Assembly: GCA_963715865.1 (NCBI GenBank)
Contig: OY970280.1
Coordinates: 320,001 to 384,000 of the forward strand
From: Candidatus Bathyarchaeota archaeon
Lineage (GTDB): Archaea > Thermoproteota > Bathyarchaeia > Bathyarchaeales > Bathycorpusculaceae
DNA length: 64,000 nucleotides
Direction: 5' to 3'
The translations under genes and the position numbers were made by a program. The stretch's first letter is position 1, and each line of letters starts with the position of its first letter. Of the stretch, positions 28,293 through 40,296 are shown piece after piece. The notes under the pieces were generated by a model, which saw only the letters and a list, made by a program, of their open reading frames with translations, did not search any database and was not told the DNA's origin.

Positions 28293-29831
28293 CTAACTCC
28301 CAATTATGCTATATTTTACGTTCTTGTCTTCTTCTGATTCTCGTCCTGGGAAGGGAAAGATGTTTGACGATGTGCTTCTTGAGTTTACGGCAAAGTATGC
28401 AAGTCCTATAGCCATCCATATGGCGGTGATTGCTATTGCGACGAATGCGGCCCACTGAGTATCGCCTCCACCTATCATACCAAGCCATACGACTGCTCCC
28501 ATCATGATCATGTTGGCCGCAAAACCTGCGATTGGAATTATGTATTTAGTTAGGATCGACCGGCGTTCTCTCGACAGGGCAACAAGTGCTATTAAACAAG
28601 TGACGCCGTAGAGTAGGAATGTTCCAAAGTTCGACAGGAGCATGACAGCGGTCAAGTTTCTAAGAGACAGCACTCCGAACGCACCTATTAGTGCTGAGAC
28701 TAAGGTTAGTACCCATGTGCCAACTGCTGGTGTACCGTATCTTGGGTTTAACTTGCCCAGTGGCTGTGGGATTTCTGTATCGCGGCTGATAGCATAGGTT
28801 ACTCTTACACCAGTGTTGAGGCATGCGAGGGTTGTGCCTAAGACTGCTGCGGCAACTGCTGCGGCGACAATTAGCATTATTACGAAGCCACCGCCTCCGA
28901 ACAAGGCGTTAGTTGAGATGCGCACTATATCGCCCAATGGCCCAGGTGAAGCCGCAGCAGAAGCGAATGTGTATTTGGAGTTAATCCAAGCCTGTATTCC
29001 GAAGAACCCAAGCAAGTAAGCGAATGCACCCTGAATCAAAAGTGAGAGGACGACTGCACGAGGGACATCTTTGGGGTTCTTTGCTTCAGACGTCAGCGCG
29101 GTTATTGATTCGAAGCCGACGAGGACGAGTATGGCGAGGCTTGCTTGGAACAACACGTGACTCATGTCGGAAGGCATAACCACGCTTGCCGGGTTTGAAT
29201 AGTAGAACGTAACGTGGTCAGGGTTTATGAAGCGGTAAGCAAGCGCCAAAACCGTTACGCCTACGAGCATTGCAAGCTGCACAATGTTAATGATGAGGTT
29301 TGTTCGCGTTGACCCTTGAATACCTCTGTACGCTATGAAACCAACAACTACCGCGAAAACTACCACAATAGCAATTTGCTCCAACACAGTTATGGGAAAG
29401 CCTACGGTTTGCAGAATGTAAGTCATGAAGAAGCCCATGAACGCAACCATTACTCCAGGGTAAACCCAATAGTATAGGTGTGAAAGCCAGCCTACTATGA
29501 ATTTGGCGTTGCGGGCCCTGCGGTTGCTGCTACCTCTGTCTAGGAGCGCGCGCTGAGCAAAATAGTACGAGCTGCCAGTGCCTGCATCAGGGTAGCGGCG
29601 TGCTAGCCAGGCGTATGAAGCGGCGGTTAAGAATGACAGCACCAGTGCTATGAAGAGACCGAACCAAATGTCTGGGGCAGTTGAAACTCCAGAAGGATCA
29701 ACCTGGGCTGCTTGCGCTTGGTAGTTAAGCCAAAGAAAAGCCCCCGGCGCTATTAACGCCATAGCGTTGATGGTTAGCCCCATGAGACTTAACGTTTTTT
29801 TCATCTGAGGTGCGTTTTGATCACTAGCCAC
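28293..29831 (-). CDS. APC family amino acid permease
   Basis: YPDAGTGSSY, LVLVGFESITALTSEAKNP, RVTYAISRD. Confidence 0.9.
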   Translation of the reverse strand: MASDQNAPQMKKTLSLMGLTINAMALIAPGAFLWLNYQAQAAQVDPSGVSTAPDIWFGLFIALVLSFLTAASYAWLARRYPDAGTGSSYYFAQRALLDRGSSNRRARNAKFIVGWLSHLYYWVYPGVMVAFMGFFMTYILQTVGFPITVLEQIAIVVVFAVVVGFIAYRGIQGSTRTNLIINIVQLAMLVGVTVLALAYRFINPDHVTFYYSNPASVVMPSDMSHVLFQASLAILVLVGFESITALTSEAKNPKDVPRAVVLSLLIQGAFAYLLGFFGIQAWINSKYTFASAAASPGPLGDIVRISTNALFGGGGFVIMLIVAAAVAAAVLGTTLACLNTGVRVTYAISRDTEIPQPLGKLNPRYGTPAVGTWVLTLVSALIGAFGVLSLRNLTAVMLLSNFGTFLLYGVTCLIALVALSRERRSILTKYIIPIAGFAANMIMMGAVVWLGMIGGGDTQWAAFVAIAITAIWMAIGLAYFAVNSRSTSSNIFPFPGRESEEDKNVKYSIIGS

Positions 29832-30000
29832 CTACTTTTCCCCCAAAATTCTCTTTTGAAAGATACTGTGTGGTTGCCCTCGAGCGTCTAGACTGATCCA
29901 TTCTTCAATGTTTCGTGCGAGTTCTTTAGTCGCTAATGTTTGTGAAGCTTTTTTCAATAGTGACACCAATTTTAATTTTACTAATTGATGTGTTCAGTTA

Positions 30001-30040
30001 AATATAAATATAGTTAATAATTGTTCATAATTTTTATGAA
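30001..30040 (-). promoter_or_regulatory. TATA box plus shared operator (copy 3, perfect palindrome TTCATAA-TTT-TTATGAA)
   Basis: aatataaa at 30001; 15-mer at 30021-30035; palindrome 30024-30040. Confidence 0.75.
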
Positions 30041-30126
30041 AAACTGAAATGATTTGCAGTAAAAATCTTTTATGGTAGACATATAAAAAAAAGGCCGCCT
30101 GAAACCGAATTCAAAGGTATTCAAAA

Positions 30127-30633
30127 TCAAATTATCTTACTGTATTCTTTTACAGCGTTAAGAGCAATCAGCGTAGTGGTCCTCTTGATGAAGCGCTCAG
30201 TCAGCAGTTTTTTCAAAAAACCATTAAGGCTAGCGTTGTCTCGAAACTTGGCAAAGACGACTGCATCATATTCTCCGGTTATGTCATAGACGGATAGGAC
30301 GTTGCTTTCTTTGGCGATTTCGTTTTCCACCTCAACAATATGCTCCCCTTCAATCTGAATCATGATGATGGCAGTCAAAGCATATCCCATTTTTGCTGAA
30401 TCAATAACGGGCGCGTATCCTAGAATTATGCCTTCATGCTCGAGACTGTCAAGGCGATTATGTACAATATTTGGGGTTAACCCAATTCTGTGGGCTAGTT
30501 TGCGCAAGCTTACGCGTGAATCTTCTTCCAATGCCCGGATGATTTGCAGATCAACAGCATCTAATTTGTTCTCTGGGCTTTTTCTCAGTTTAAGCCCACC
30601 CCAAAGGTAGCTTGACGTTTGTTTAGAAAACAA
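30127..30633 (-). CDS. Full-length Lrp/AsnC transcriptional regulator (HTH plus RAM)
   Basis: LDAVDLQIIRALEEDSRVSLRKLA...EGIILGY, VYDITGEYD. Confidence 0.92.
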   Translation of the reverse strand: MFSKQTSSYLWGGLKLRKSPENKLDAVDLQIIRALEEDSRVSLRKLAHRIGLTPNIVHNRLDSLEHEGIILGYAPVIDSAKMGYALTAIIMIQIEGEHIVEVENEIAKESNVLSVYDITGEYDAVVFAKFRDNASLNGFLKKLLTERFIKRTTTLIALNAVKEYSKII

Positions 30634-31011
30634 CAGTCTATATAAACATACCTACATAAAAGCAGCAATATTCTAAACAATGGTTGAGAATTATGCTCGT
30701 TTATATAGACAATCGATGCAAAAGAAAGCACGAAAAAGCATGCGTTTTGAGACGACAATGAGACTCCTAAGAAGGAGATGAGCCATATGTGGCAACGTGG
30801 ATAGCTTCAACGTAAATTAAGATGGGAAGTCTGTGATTTTGCGTTTCGGCGCGAATGCCTTAACTTTCTTCACACGCTCTTTTAGCTTAAGGAAATTAAT
30901 CGATTTTTCAAAGCGTGGAGGTTCAAGATTAATTGGTTTGGTTTTAAAAAAGGGGTTTTTCCAAAAAGTCCTGTAGATGCTTTTTGGTTTAACCTATTTA
31001 GTGTGGTTTTG

Positions 31012-31479
31012 CTAGTTTAGTGGTTTGCCGCAGTTGGGGCAGAACTTGACGTTTTCGTTTACTACTCTTCCGCATTGAGGGCATATTCGTGTAATTGGTT
31101 GTTGTGGTCCATATGCTTGTGGTGGTGGCTGTTGTGGAGCTCCAGCGATTACAGGTTTGTAGACTAATGCTAGTATGCCGCCGATGAAATCCAGTATTGA
31201 CCAAGCACCAATTATTGAGAATACCAGAATGATGGCACCCCACTTTGAATGTTCTAGTGGTTCTGATTTTAGTTTTGAAGCTGCAACAATCACGATTATA
31301 GAGCAGATCGTAATCCACAATCCGAGACCGCCAACCACCGCAAAGCCAAGTCCAAAAGTGATAACTCCCACAACTGCCCCTACGCCAATTAAAAACAAGC
31401 CACCGAGTAAAGCAAAGATTCCGCCAAGCAATGAAAGGATATAAGCTGCTGTTGGTTTATTTTCAACTTGATTGGTCAT
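31012..31479 (-). CDS. Membrane protein with C-terminal double zinc ribbon
   Basis: Three to four TM segments, PQ-rich linker, CPQCG...CPNCG. Confidence 0.8.
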   Translation of the reverse strand: MTNQVENKPTAAYILSLLGGIFALLGGLFLIGVGAVVGVITFGLGFAVVGGLGLWITICSIIVIVAASKLKSEPLEHSKWGAIILVFSIIGAWSILDFIGGILALVYKPVIAGAPQQPPPQAYGPQQPITRICPQCGRVVNENVKFCPNCGKPLN

Positions 31480-31726
31480 TCTCTCTCTCCTGAAAGCATT
31501 TCAACATCTCTACTTTTACATATAAAAGATTTATGGACTTATCGACTTTGGTACAAAAAACTTCTTTACATTCGTCATACAAAGAAATTTTCAGCATCCA
31601 ATACACTGTGTCCTTAATCATGAGTTGCACAAAAACTAATCCAATTCAATGATTTCCACCTTGAGTCTCACCCAAAAACCATCCCCAAATCTGAGAGGCG
31701 TAGCCCCTGCGAACTCCGCCAGCTAA

Positions 31727-31976
31727 GCCCTTCATGCGCATAACGATGAAAGTTCTGAAAAGTTCTAAAGGGTTTCTGGGCTGTCTGCCAGGTCCAACCG
31801 TGTGGACGCAGCTTTGTAACGCTGCTTAAGCAAAACTTAGGTCTATGTTTCTGAAGAGGGTTTCTAGGGTCTCGTGTTCATCTTGTCCCGCTAGGACTCA
31901 ACTCCTAAGCTTGGAAGTACTCATTTGATACGAGATCCCAACTAGACTAATTAATTTAGGGACAAGCCAGCGCGCA
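31727..31976 (-). mobile_element. IS remnant: terminal repeat plus pseudogenised transposase N-terminus (IS5/IS1182-like)
   Basis: MSTSKLRS*VLAGQDEH...FA*...GPGRQPRNPLELFRTFIVMRMKG with two stops; 19-bp end at 31958-31976 identical to 63533-63551. Confidence 0.75.
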
Positions 31977-32284
31977 CATTCAAAACCAACGTTAGTAGCA
32001 GTGAAGATTAATGGTTGGCGGGTTGAACTGAAAAGGATGGAAAAGTACAATTTCGCCTTGGGAATGAAATGCCTGTTGGATTTGTGAGCATTGTGCTGCT
32101 ATATACTCATACACTTTTCATTGCGCTGATAAAACGTTCTTACTCCGATTGTTGCACTTGCAAAGAATGAGTTCTGAAATAACGATTGCCCTTTGTTTAG
32201 AAGGCTTTGCCTTGGTTTTTTATTGATTAGTGGAAGTATCTTTAACAGGGTGTTTTTTGTTACTGAACTGCAAGGCTGATTCAG

Positions 32285-32911
32285 GTGGTAGATGCTTGGC
32301 GTGAACCATACCATGTTGTTATCGAAGTGGAAAATCGGCGTTGTAAAATGGTTAAGAAGCTTGCTGCTCTTGGGTTTAAACATTTGAAAGTGGTTGATGT
32401 TAGAAGTTCAAGCAGTGGGTCGGTTAGGCATCTGATGGATGTTGGTGAAGATCAAACTCGAAAAGTTCCAAAGGAGCTTGCGGCTAAAGGTCATGTTGAA
32501 GGTAAATCTTCTGTTTGGGTTGAAAGTGAAGGCTGTGAAGTCTGCAACACTATCTTGTCACATGACGCATTTTTAGTTTCAGGCAAAAGCATGGAAGATA
32601 ACATTATAACGTACAGTTTTATGGTGCCAACCTTTGAAGCGTATAAAGGCATAATAACTGATTTGGAAAAAGCTGGCCACAAGGTAAATGTCCTTAAAAT
32701 AGGCAAGTTCGAGCAGCAAATAGGCGTTTTAACGGAGAATCAAGAGAGGATTTTTTGGCTTGCGCTGAAAAGTGGCTTTTTTGATTATCCACGGCAAATT
32801 GGCATGGCTGAACTTGCTGCTAAATTGGGAATTAGTCCTGCAACGCTTTCGGAGATTATCCGCAGAGGAACACGAAGATTGCTGGAGCATTATTTTAAAC
32901 GAGAACTATAG
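32285..32911 (+). CDS. Bacterio-opsin activator-type HTH_10 regulator
   Basis: LTENQERIFWLALKSGFFDYPRQIGMAELAAKLGIS...EIIRRG. Confidence 0.9.
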   Translation: MVDAWREPYHVVIEVENRRCKMVKKLAALGFKHLKVVDVRSSSSGSVRHLMDVGEDQTRKVPKELAAKGHVEGKSSVWVESEGCEVCNTILSHDAFLVSGKSMEDNIITYSFMVPTFEAYKGIITDLEKAGHKVNVLKIGKFEQQIGVLTENQERIFWLALKSGFFDYPRQIGMAELAAKLGISPATLSEIIRRGTRRLLEHYFKREL

Positions 32912-33062
32912 CTGCTTGGTGAAAATTATAGTCCGCTTAGATAAAGCAACCAAAAGGTGATTTTGGCCTTTTATAGAAAAGAAGTAGAGGGCAGAAACCT
33001 ATAGTTGCTTGTCTAAGGCGTTTTTTAACCTGAGAATTTATAAAAACCGCCAAAAGATAAAG

Positions 33063-33740
33063 CTATATTCGTAGTACAACGTTTTCTGTGTATTTTTTTA
33101 TTATTTCTGCGAATTCGTTGATGGTTTCTGGCGTGTAAGGTTTGAGGGCTTGGAATTTTTTATCCAGCGTATCCTGTGGAATGAATTGTTGAAGTGCGTG
33201 GGTTTTTGAGCCTTTCACCAGTTCGCCAATGCATTTGGCGTCTTGGGCTGTGACTATTTCTGGTACTACGGTTGTCCTGAATTCGTAGGGCACCTTGCCC
33301 GTCTTTAGGATTTCCATGGTTCGCATGAGCCCAATCGTGTCTTTAGCGCCGAGTAGCTTGTATTTTTCTGTGCAGGTTTTCACGTCCATAGCCACGTAAT
33401 CCACGCTGCTAAGGCATTCCTCAAGCACTTCTGGGAAGAAACCGTTCGTGTCCAATTTAACCGTGAAGCCGCGTTCCTTAAGCTTAGCAAGGAATTTCGG
33501 CAGTTCCTTATGCATGCAAGGCTCTCCACCAGTCACCACTACTGTGTCAACGTATTTTTTGCGGCTCTCCAAAATTTCTAATGCGGCGGCTTCCTGTAGA
33601 AACGGCGGCTGCGGGTTTACGGCTATGCGCCAGTTATGGCAGAAGGGGCAACGAAGGTTGCAACCTGGAGTGAACAGCACGCTGGCTACTTTATCGGGGT
33701 AGTCAACGAGGCTTGTTTTTTGTAATCCGCTAAACTTCAT
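33063..33740 (-). CDS. nrdG: Anaerobic ribonucleotide reductase activating enzyme
   Basis: CNLRCPFC, TGGEP, LDTNG; adjacent to nrdD. Confidence 0.92.
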   Translation of the reverse strand: MKFSGLQKTSLVDYPDKVASVLFTPGCNLRCPFCHNWRIAVNPQPPFLQEAAALEILESRKKYVDTVVVTGGEPCMHKELPKFLAKLKERGFTVKLDTNGFFPEVLEECLSSVDYVAMDVKTCTEKYKLLGAKDTIGLMRTMEILKTGKVPYEFRTTVVPEIVTAQDAKCIGELVKGSKTHALQQFIPQDTLDKKFQALKPYTPETINEFAEIIKKYTENVVLRI

Positions 33741-33754
33741 TCTGTAACTTCCTA

Positions 33755-35881
33755 TTAAGCGGTTAAGGGCGCTGAAACCATTACGGCTGACCGGTCAAAG
33801 GTTTTGCGTATGGCAAATTCCGCTTGTTTCCCATCGTTCCATTGATCCACTGGCCTTAGGTAGCCGACTACTCGTGAGTAGACTTCGCAGTTTGCTCCAC
33901 AGGTTGGGCATTGCTTGTGTTCGCCGCTTATGTAGCCGTGGGTTGGGCAAACACTAAAAGTGGGCGTCAACGTGAAATAGGGCAGGTGTGAGTTCCAAGC
34001 TACTTTTTTGATTAATTCGGCAGCAGACTTCCAGGAGTTAAGCCTCTCGCCAAGGAAAATGTGGAACACTGTGCCTCCGGTGTAGAGCGTTTGCAATGTT
34101 TCCTGGTGTTCCAGCGCTTCGAACAGGTCGCCGGCGAAGTCAACAGGTAGCTGAGAAGAGTTCGTGTAGAACGGTTCCGCGTGGTCCGCAGTCACCTGCT
34201 TTTGGTTAGCTACTATAATGTCTTTGTACCGGCGTTTATCTATGCGAGCAAGCCTGTAAGACGTACCTTCAGCAGGGGTTGCTTCAAGGTTGTAGATGCT
34301 GCCTGTTTCCTCTTGGAAATCCGCTAAATGGTTTCGCATGAAAGTTAACATTTTAACGGCGAAGGCTTGTCCATCACGCGACGCAATATTTTGCCCTAGC
34401 AGGTTTATGATTGCTTCGTTCAGGCCCACTATGCCGATGGTGGAAAAGTGGTTCTTCCAATACTTGCCGTATCCTTCTTTCACATGTTTTAGGTAACGCC
34501 GTGAATACGGGTATAAACCGTTATCTGTGAACGTTTCAAGCACTTTACGCTTTATTTCCAAACTTGATTTTGCAATTTCCATTAAGGCGTCTAAACGCTC
34601 AAAGAACTCGTCCTCGTCTTTTGACAAGTAGCCGATTCTGGGAATGTTTAAGGTTACGACGCCTATGCTGCCTGTTAATGGGTTGGCGCCGAAGAATCCG
34701 CCGCCTCGCTTGCGTAATTCACGGTTGTCTATTCTTAGGCGGCAGCACATACTACGTACATCCTCGGGTTTCATGTCACTGTTAACAAAGTTAGAGAAGT
34801 ATGGCACTCCATACTTGGCTGTTACTTCGAAGATGGCTTGGGATACAGGTGAATCCCAATTGAAGTCTTTGGTTATGTTATATGTGGGAATTGGGAAAGT
34901 GAAAACTCTGCCTTTCGAGTCGCCCTGGCGCATGACTTCAGCGAAGGCTAAATTGAACATTTCCATCTCTTTGGTCATGTCGCCGTATGTGTCTTGGGTT
35001 ACCTTGCCATTGTAGAGAACTGCCTCGTTCTTCATAAAATCTGGCACAGTCAAATCTAAAGTTAAGTTAGTGAACGGTGTCTGGAAACCAACACGGGTCG
35101 GCACATTCATGTTGAAGAAGAATTCCTGAAGCGCCTGCTGTACTTCTTGCTGGTTAAGGTTATCATAACGTATGAATGGAGCAAGGTAAGTGTCAAAGTT
35201 GCTAAACGCCTGCGCTCCTGCCGCTTCACCCTGCAACGTATAGAAAAAGTTCACAACTTGACCTAACGCTGTGCGGAAATGTTTTGCCGGTTTGCTTTCA
35301 ATTTTGCCTGATACTCCGCCGAATCCTGAAAGTAGCAGTTCGCTTACGTCCCAGCCGACGCAGTAAGCTCCTAAAACGCCTAAATCGTGAATGTGCATGT
35401 CACCTGAAAAGTGTGCATCAGCAATATGCGAGGGATAAATCCTTGATATCCAGTACTTGGCTACCACAGTGGATGATAGGTAATTGTTCAATCCCTGCAA
35501 GGAATAGCTCATGTTACTGTTTTCTTTAACCCGCCAATCCTCAACCTCAAGGTACTGGTCCACCATGTCTGAGGAGCTTAACAGTGCAGCTAACTCACGC
35601 ATGTCAGTATGTTGTTTCCTATAGAGAATGTACGCTTTCGCCGTCTGCGCGTGTCCGTTTTCAATTAAGCGTTTTTCAACGATATCTTGGATTTCCTCAA
35701 CCGTGGGAACTCCGTCATCGCCGTAAATTTTTTGCAGTTCAGCCACTACTTCGTCGCTTAAGCGTTTTGCTAGCTCTTTGTCTTTTCCGCCTACCGCTTT
35801 AGCGGCTTTCCAAATGGCGTTTGTTATACGTTCTTGATCGAAGGATTCTAATTTACTATCACGTTTTAATACAAACTTCAT
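33755..35881 (-). CDS. nrdD: Class III ribonucleoside-triphosphate reductase with ATP cone
   Basis: N-terminal ATP cone, SMCCRL, glycyl-radical loop SRVVGYLRP, Zn site CPTH...CPTC. Confidence 0.95.
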   Translation of the reverse strand: MKFVLKRDSKLESFDQERITNAIWKAAKAVGGKDKELAKRLSDEVVAELQKIYGDDGVPTVEEIQDIVEKRLIENGHAQTAKAYILYRKQHTDMRELAALLSSSDMVDQYLEVEDWRVKENSNMSYSLQGLNNYLSSTVVAKYWISRIYPSHIADAHFSGDMHIHDLGVLGAYCVGWDVSELLLSGFGGVSGKIESKPAKHFRTALGQVVNFFYTLQGEAAGAQAFSNFDTYLAPFIRYDNLNQQEVQQALQEFFFNMNVPTRVGFQTPFTNLTLDLTVPDFMKNEAVLYNGKVTQDTYGDMTKEMEMFNLAFAEVMRQGDSKGRVFTFPIPTYNITKDFNWDSPVSQAIFEVTAKYGVPYFSNFVNSDMKPEDVRSMCCRLRIDNRELRKRGGGFFGANPLTGSIGVVTLNIPRIGYLSKDEDEFFERLDALMEIAKSSLEIKRKVLETFTDNGLYPYSRRYLKHVKEGYGKYWKNHFSTIGIVGLNEAIINLLGQNIASRDGQAFAVKMLTFMRNHLADFQEETGSIYNLEATPAEGTSYRLARIDKRRYKDIIVANQKQVTADHAEPFYTNSSQLPVDFAGDLFEALEHQETLQTLYTGGTVFHIFLGERLNSWKSAAELIKKVAWNSHLPYFTLTPTFSVCPTHGYISGEHKQCPTCGANCEVYSRVVGYLRPVDQWNDGKQAEFAIRKTFDRSAVMVSAPLTA

Positions 35882-36324
35882 TTTTTCACCTCAAGGAGTA
35901 ACCGCCTGAAATCTTCAGGCTCTTCAAACTGCTTGTAAACTGAAGCAAACCGAATGTACGCTATGCGGTCGACGTTTTTTAGGGACTTCATGATTAAATC
36001 CCCGATTTCTTGGGATGCAACTTCTTCGGTGCCTTTAAGCATAAGGTCTTGCCTTACTTGGCCTGATAGCTCATTGATTTGGCTCATGGTTACAGGTCTT
36101 TTCTCGCACGCTTTCTGCAAGCCCCGTATTATCTTGTTAACGTCGAATCGTTCAAGCTTGCCGTCTTTTTTTCTTACCATAAGCTCTACGGTTTCAAGGT
36201 ACTCGTAGGTTGTGTAGCGTTTTCCGCAGTTAATGCATTCTCTGCGTCTGCGCGTAGTGTTCTCTGGGGAATCGCGCGTTTCCAAGGTTTTGGAGTTTTC
36301 AGAGTTGCAGTAGGGGCATCTCAT
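35878..36324 (-). CDS. nrdR: Transcriptional repressor NrdR
   Basis: MRCPYC...RRRRECINCGKRYTTYE, ATP cone, AYIRFASVY; start set at ATG 36324. Confidence 0.95.
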   Translation of the reverse strand: MRCPYCNSENSKTLETRDSPENTTRRRRECINCGKRYTTYEYLETVELMVRKKDGKLERFDVNKIIRGLQKACEKRPVTMSQINELSGQVRQDLMLKGTEEVASQEIGDLIMKSLKNVDRIAYIRFASVYKQFEEPEDFRRLLLEVKK

Positions 36325-36347
36325 ACATTTAACATACTCGTGCAATG

Positions 36348-36403
36348 TTATATATGTAGTGTCAACAAGCTTAATGTACACACTACAGTTAGCGCATATA
36401 TAA
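36348..36403 (-). promoter_or_regulatory. Two NrdR-box-like sites plus TATA box
   Basis: ACACTACATATATAA (minus, 36348-36362) and ACACTACAGTTAGCG (plus, 36380-36394), centres 32 bp apart; TTATATAT at 36396-36403. Confidence 0.7.
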
Positions 36404-36644
36404 GCTATTTTCACATCAACTTTGAAATATAGTCTATAAAGGCAAAAATAGATCCATAAAAATAAACAAAAAGCACAAAATAAAAAAATTAGAAAAAGCC
36501 CTTTTTTGGCAAAAAAGCCCATTTTCACGTAAATATTAGTTTGATTAAGGTTTGCGCAAAAAATATAATTAAAATAAGGCATACTTTTTTATTTGCCTTT
36601 TATAGTCCAGTCTTAACGCGAGAAAAAAGCTAAAGGTAGAAAAC

Positions 36645-37019
36645 ATGGAACCCAAAATTGTAAAAGCTAACTCCTTAAATGAGTTCTCAACGGCAGAACG
36701 CTGTTTTATAGCTGAAAATTACAGCTCCAATCGCATTTCAGTAGCACGCGCCCGAGTACAACCTGGAGTTACAACCGTTGCACACCATCTCAGTGGCGTA
36801 GATGAGATATACCTTGTTACAAGTGGACGGGGCAAAGTAAACGTTGGCGACCTTGAACCAACCGAAGTAGGCGCGGGAGACGTAGTTGTTATTCCAGCTG
36901 GTACCTCTCAAAGAATAACTAACATTGGAAAAGCCGATTTAGTGTTCTATTGCATTTGCACTCCCAAATTCAATGCCAACCGTTACTGTGATGAAGAAGC
37001 GGAAAGCAAGCCGCCGTGA
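36645..37019 (+). CDS. Cupin domain protein
   Basis: AHHLSGVDEIYLVTSGRG, VVIPAGTSQRITN. Confidence 0.88.
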   Translation: MEPKIVKANSLNEFSTAERCFIAENYSSNRISVARARVQPGVTTVAHHLSGVDEIYLVTSGRGKVNVGDLEPTEVGAGDVVVIPAGTSQRITNIGKADLVFYCICTPKFNANRYCDEEAESKPP

Positions 37020-37129
37020 AGCTTTTTTTATGGATATATGTCGATTATGGAAATACCGTTTATAAGTTGTAATAACATTTTATGGATTAAGGAAAGGAGA
37101 AGGCTTCCTTACATTTCTTTTAAGCGCTT

Positions 37130-40010
<2,881 letters not shown>

Positions 40011-40049
40011 TTGTGTTTCACTTTGAATAATTTGTGTGGTGAGGGATGT

Positions 40050-40184
40050 TTATCCGCCTGTTGCTTTATCGGTGCCTATACAGCAAGTACATTTTGCGGT
40101 TTCTCCGCAATACGGGCATACACAATTACAATCGTCGATAAAATTTCCGCAGTTTACGCAACGAGGCTGTTTTTCTTCTGTCAT
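40050..40184 (-). CDS. 44-aa Cys-rich protein MTEEKQPRCVNCGNFIDDCNCVCPYCGETAKCTCCIGTDKATGG
   Basis: Nine Cys, RBS-like GAGGCGAAGTGA, co-oriented ahead of the oxidoreductase genes; below ORF-track cutoff. Confidence 0.75.
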   Translation of the reverse strand: MTEEKQPRCVNCGNFIDDCNCVCPYCGETAKCTCCIGTDKATGG

Positions 40185-40296
40185 TCACTTCGCCTCTGCC
40201 ATATTTATGTTGCAGAGCCTTAGGAATTAAGTTTTTCGGAGAAACTATCTGCTCTTAAAAAATTTTATAATGAAAGAAAGGGGAAATTTTTAGATT

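Noticed and set aside
31860-31970. Apparent pseudoknotted ncRNA (GGGTCTCG/CGAGATCCC and CTTGTCCC/GGGACAAG pairings)
   Set aside because: The region translates as a transposase pseudogene and one arm is the IS terminal repeat; no RNase P or SRP signature.
36325-36582. Long N-terminal extension of nrdR in the ORF track
   Set aside because: Open frame through an AT-rich promoter containing the TATA and NrdR boxes; homology starts at MRCPYC.
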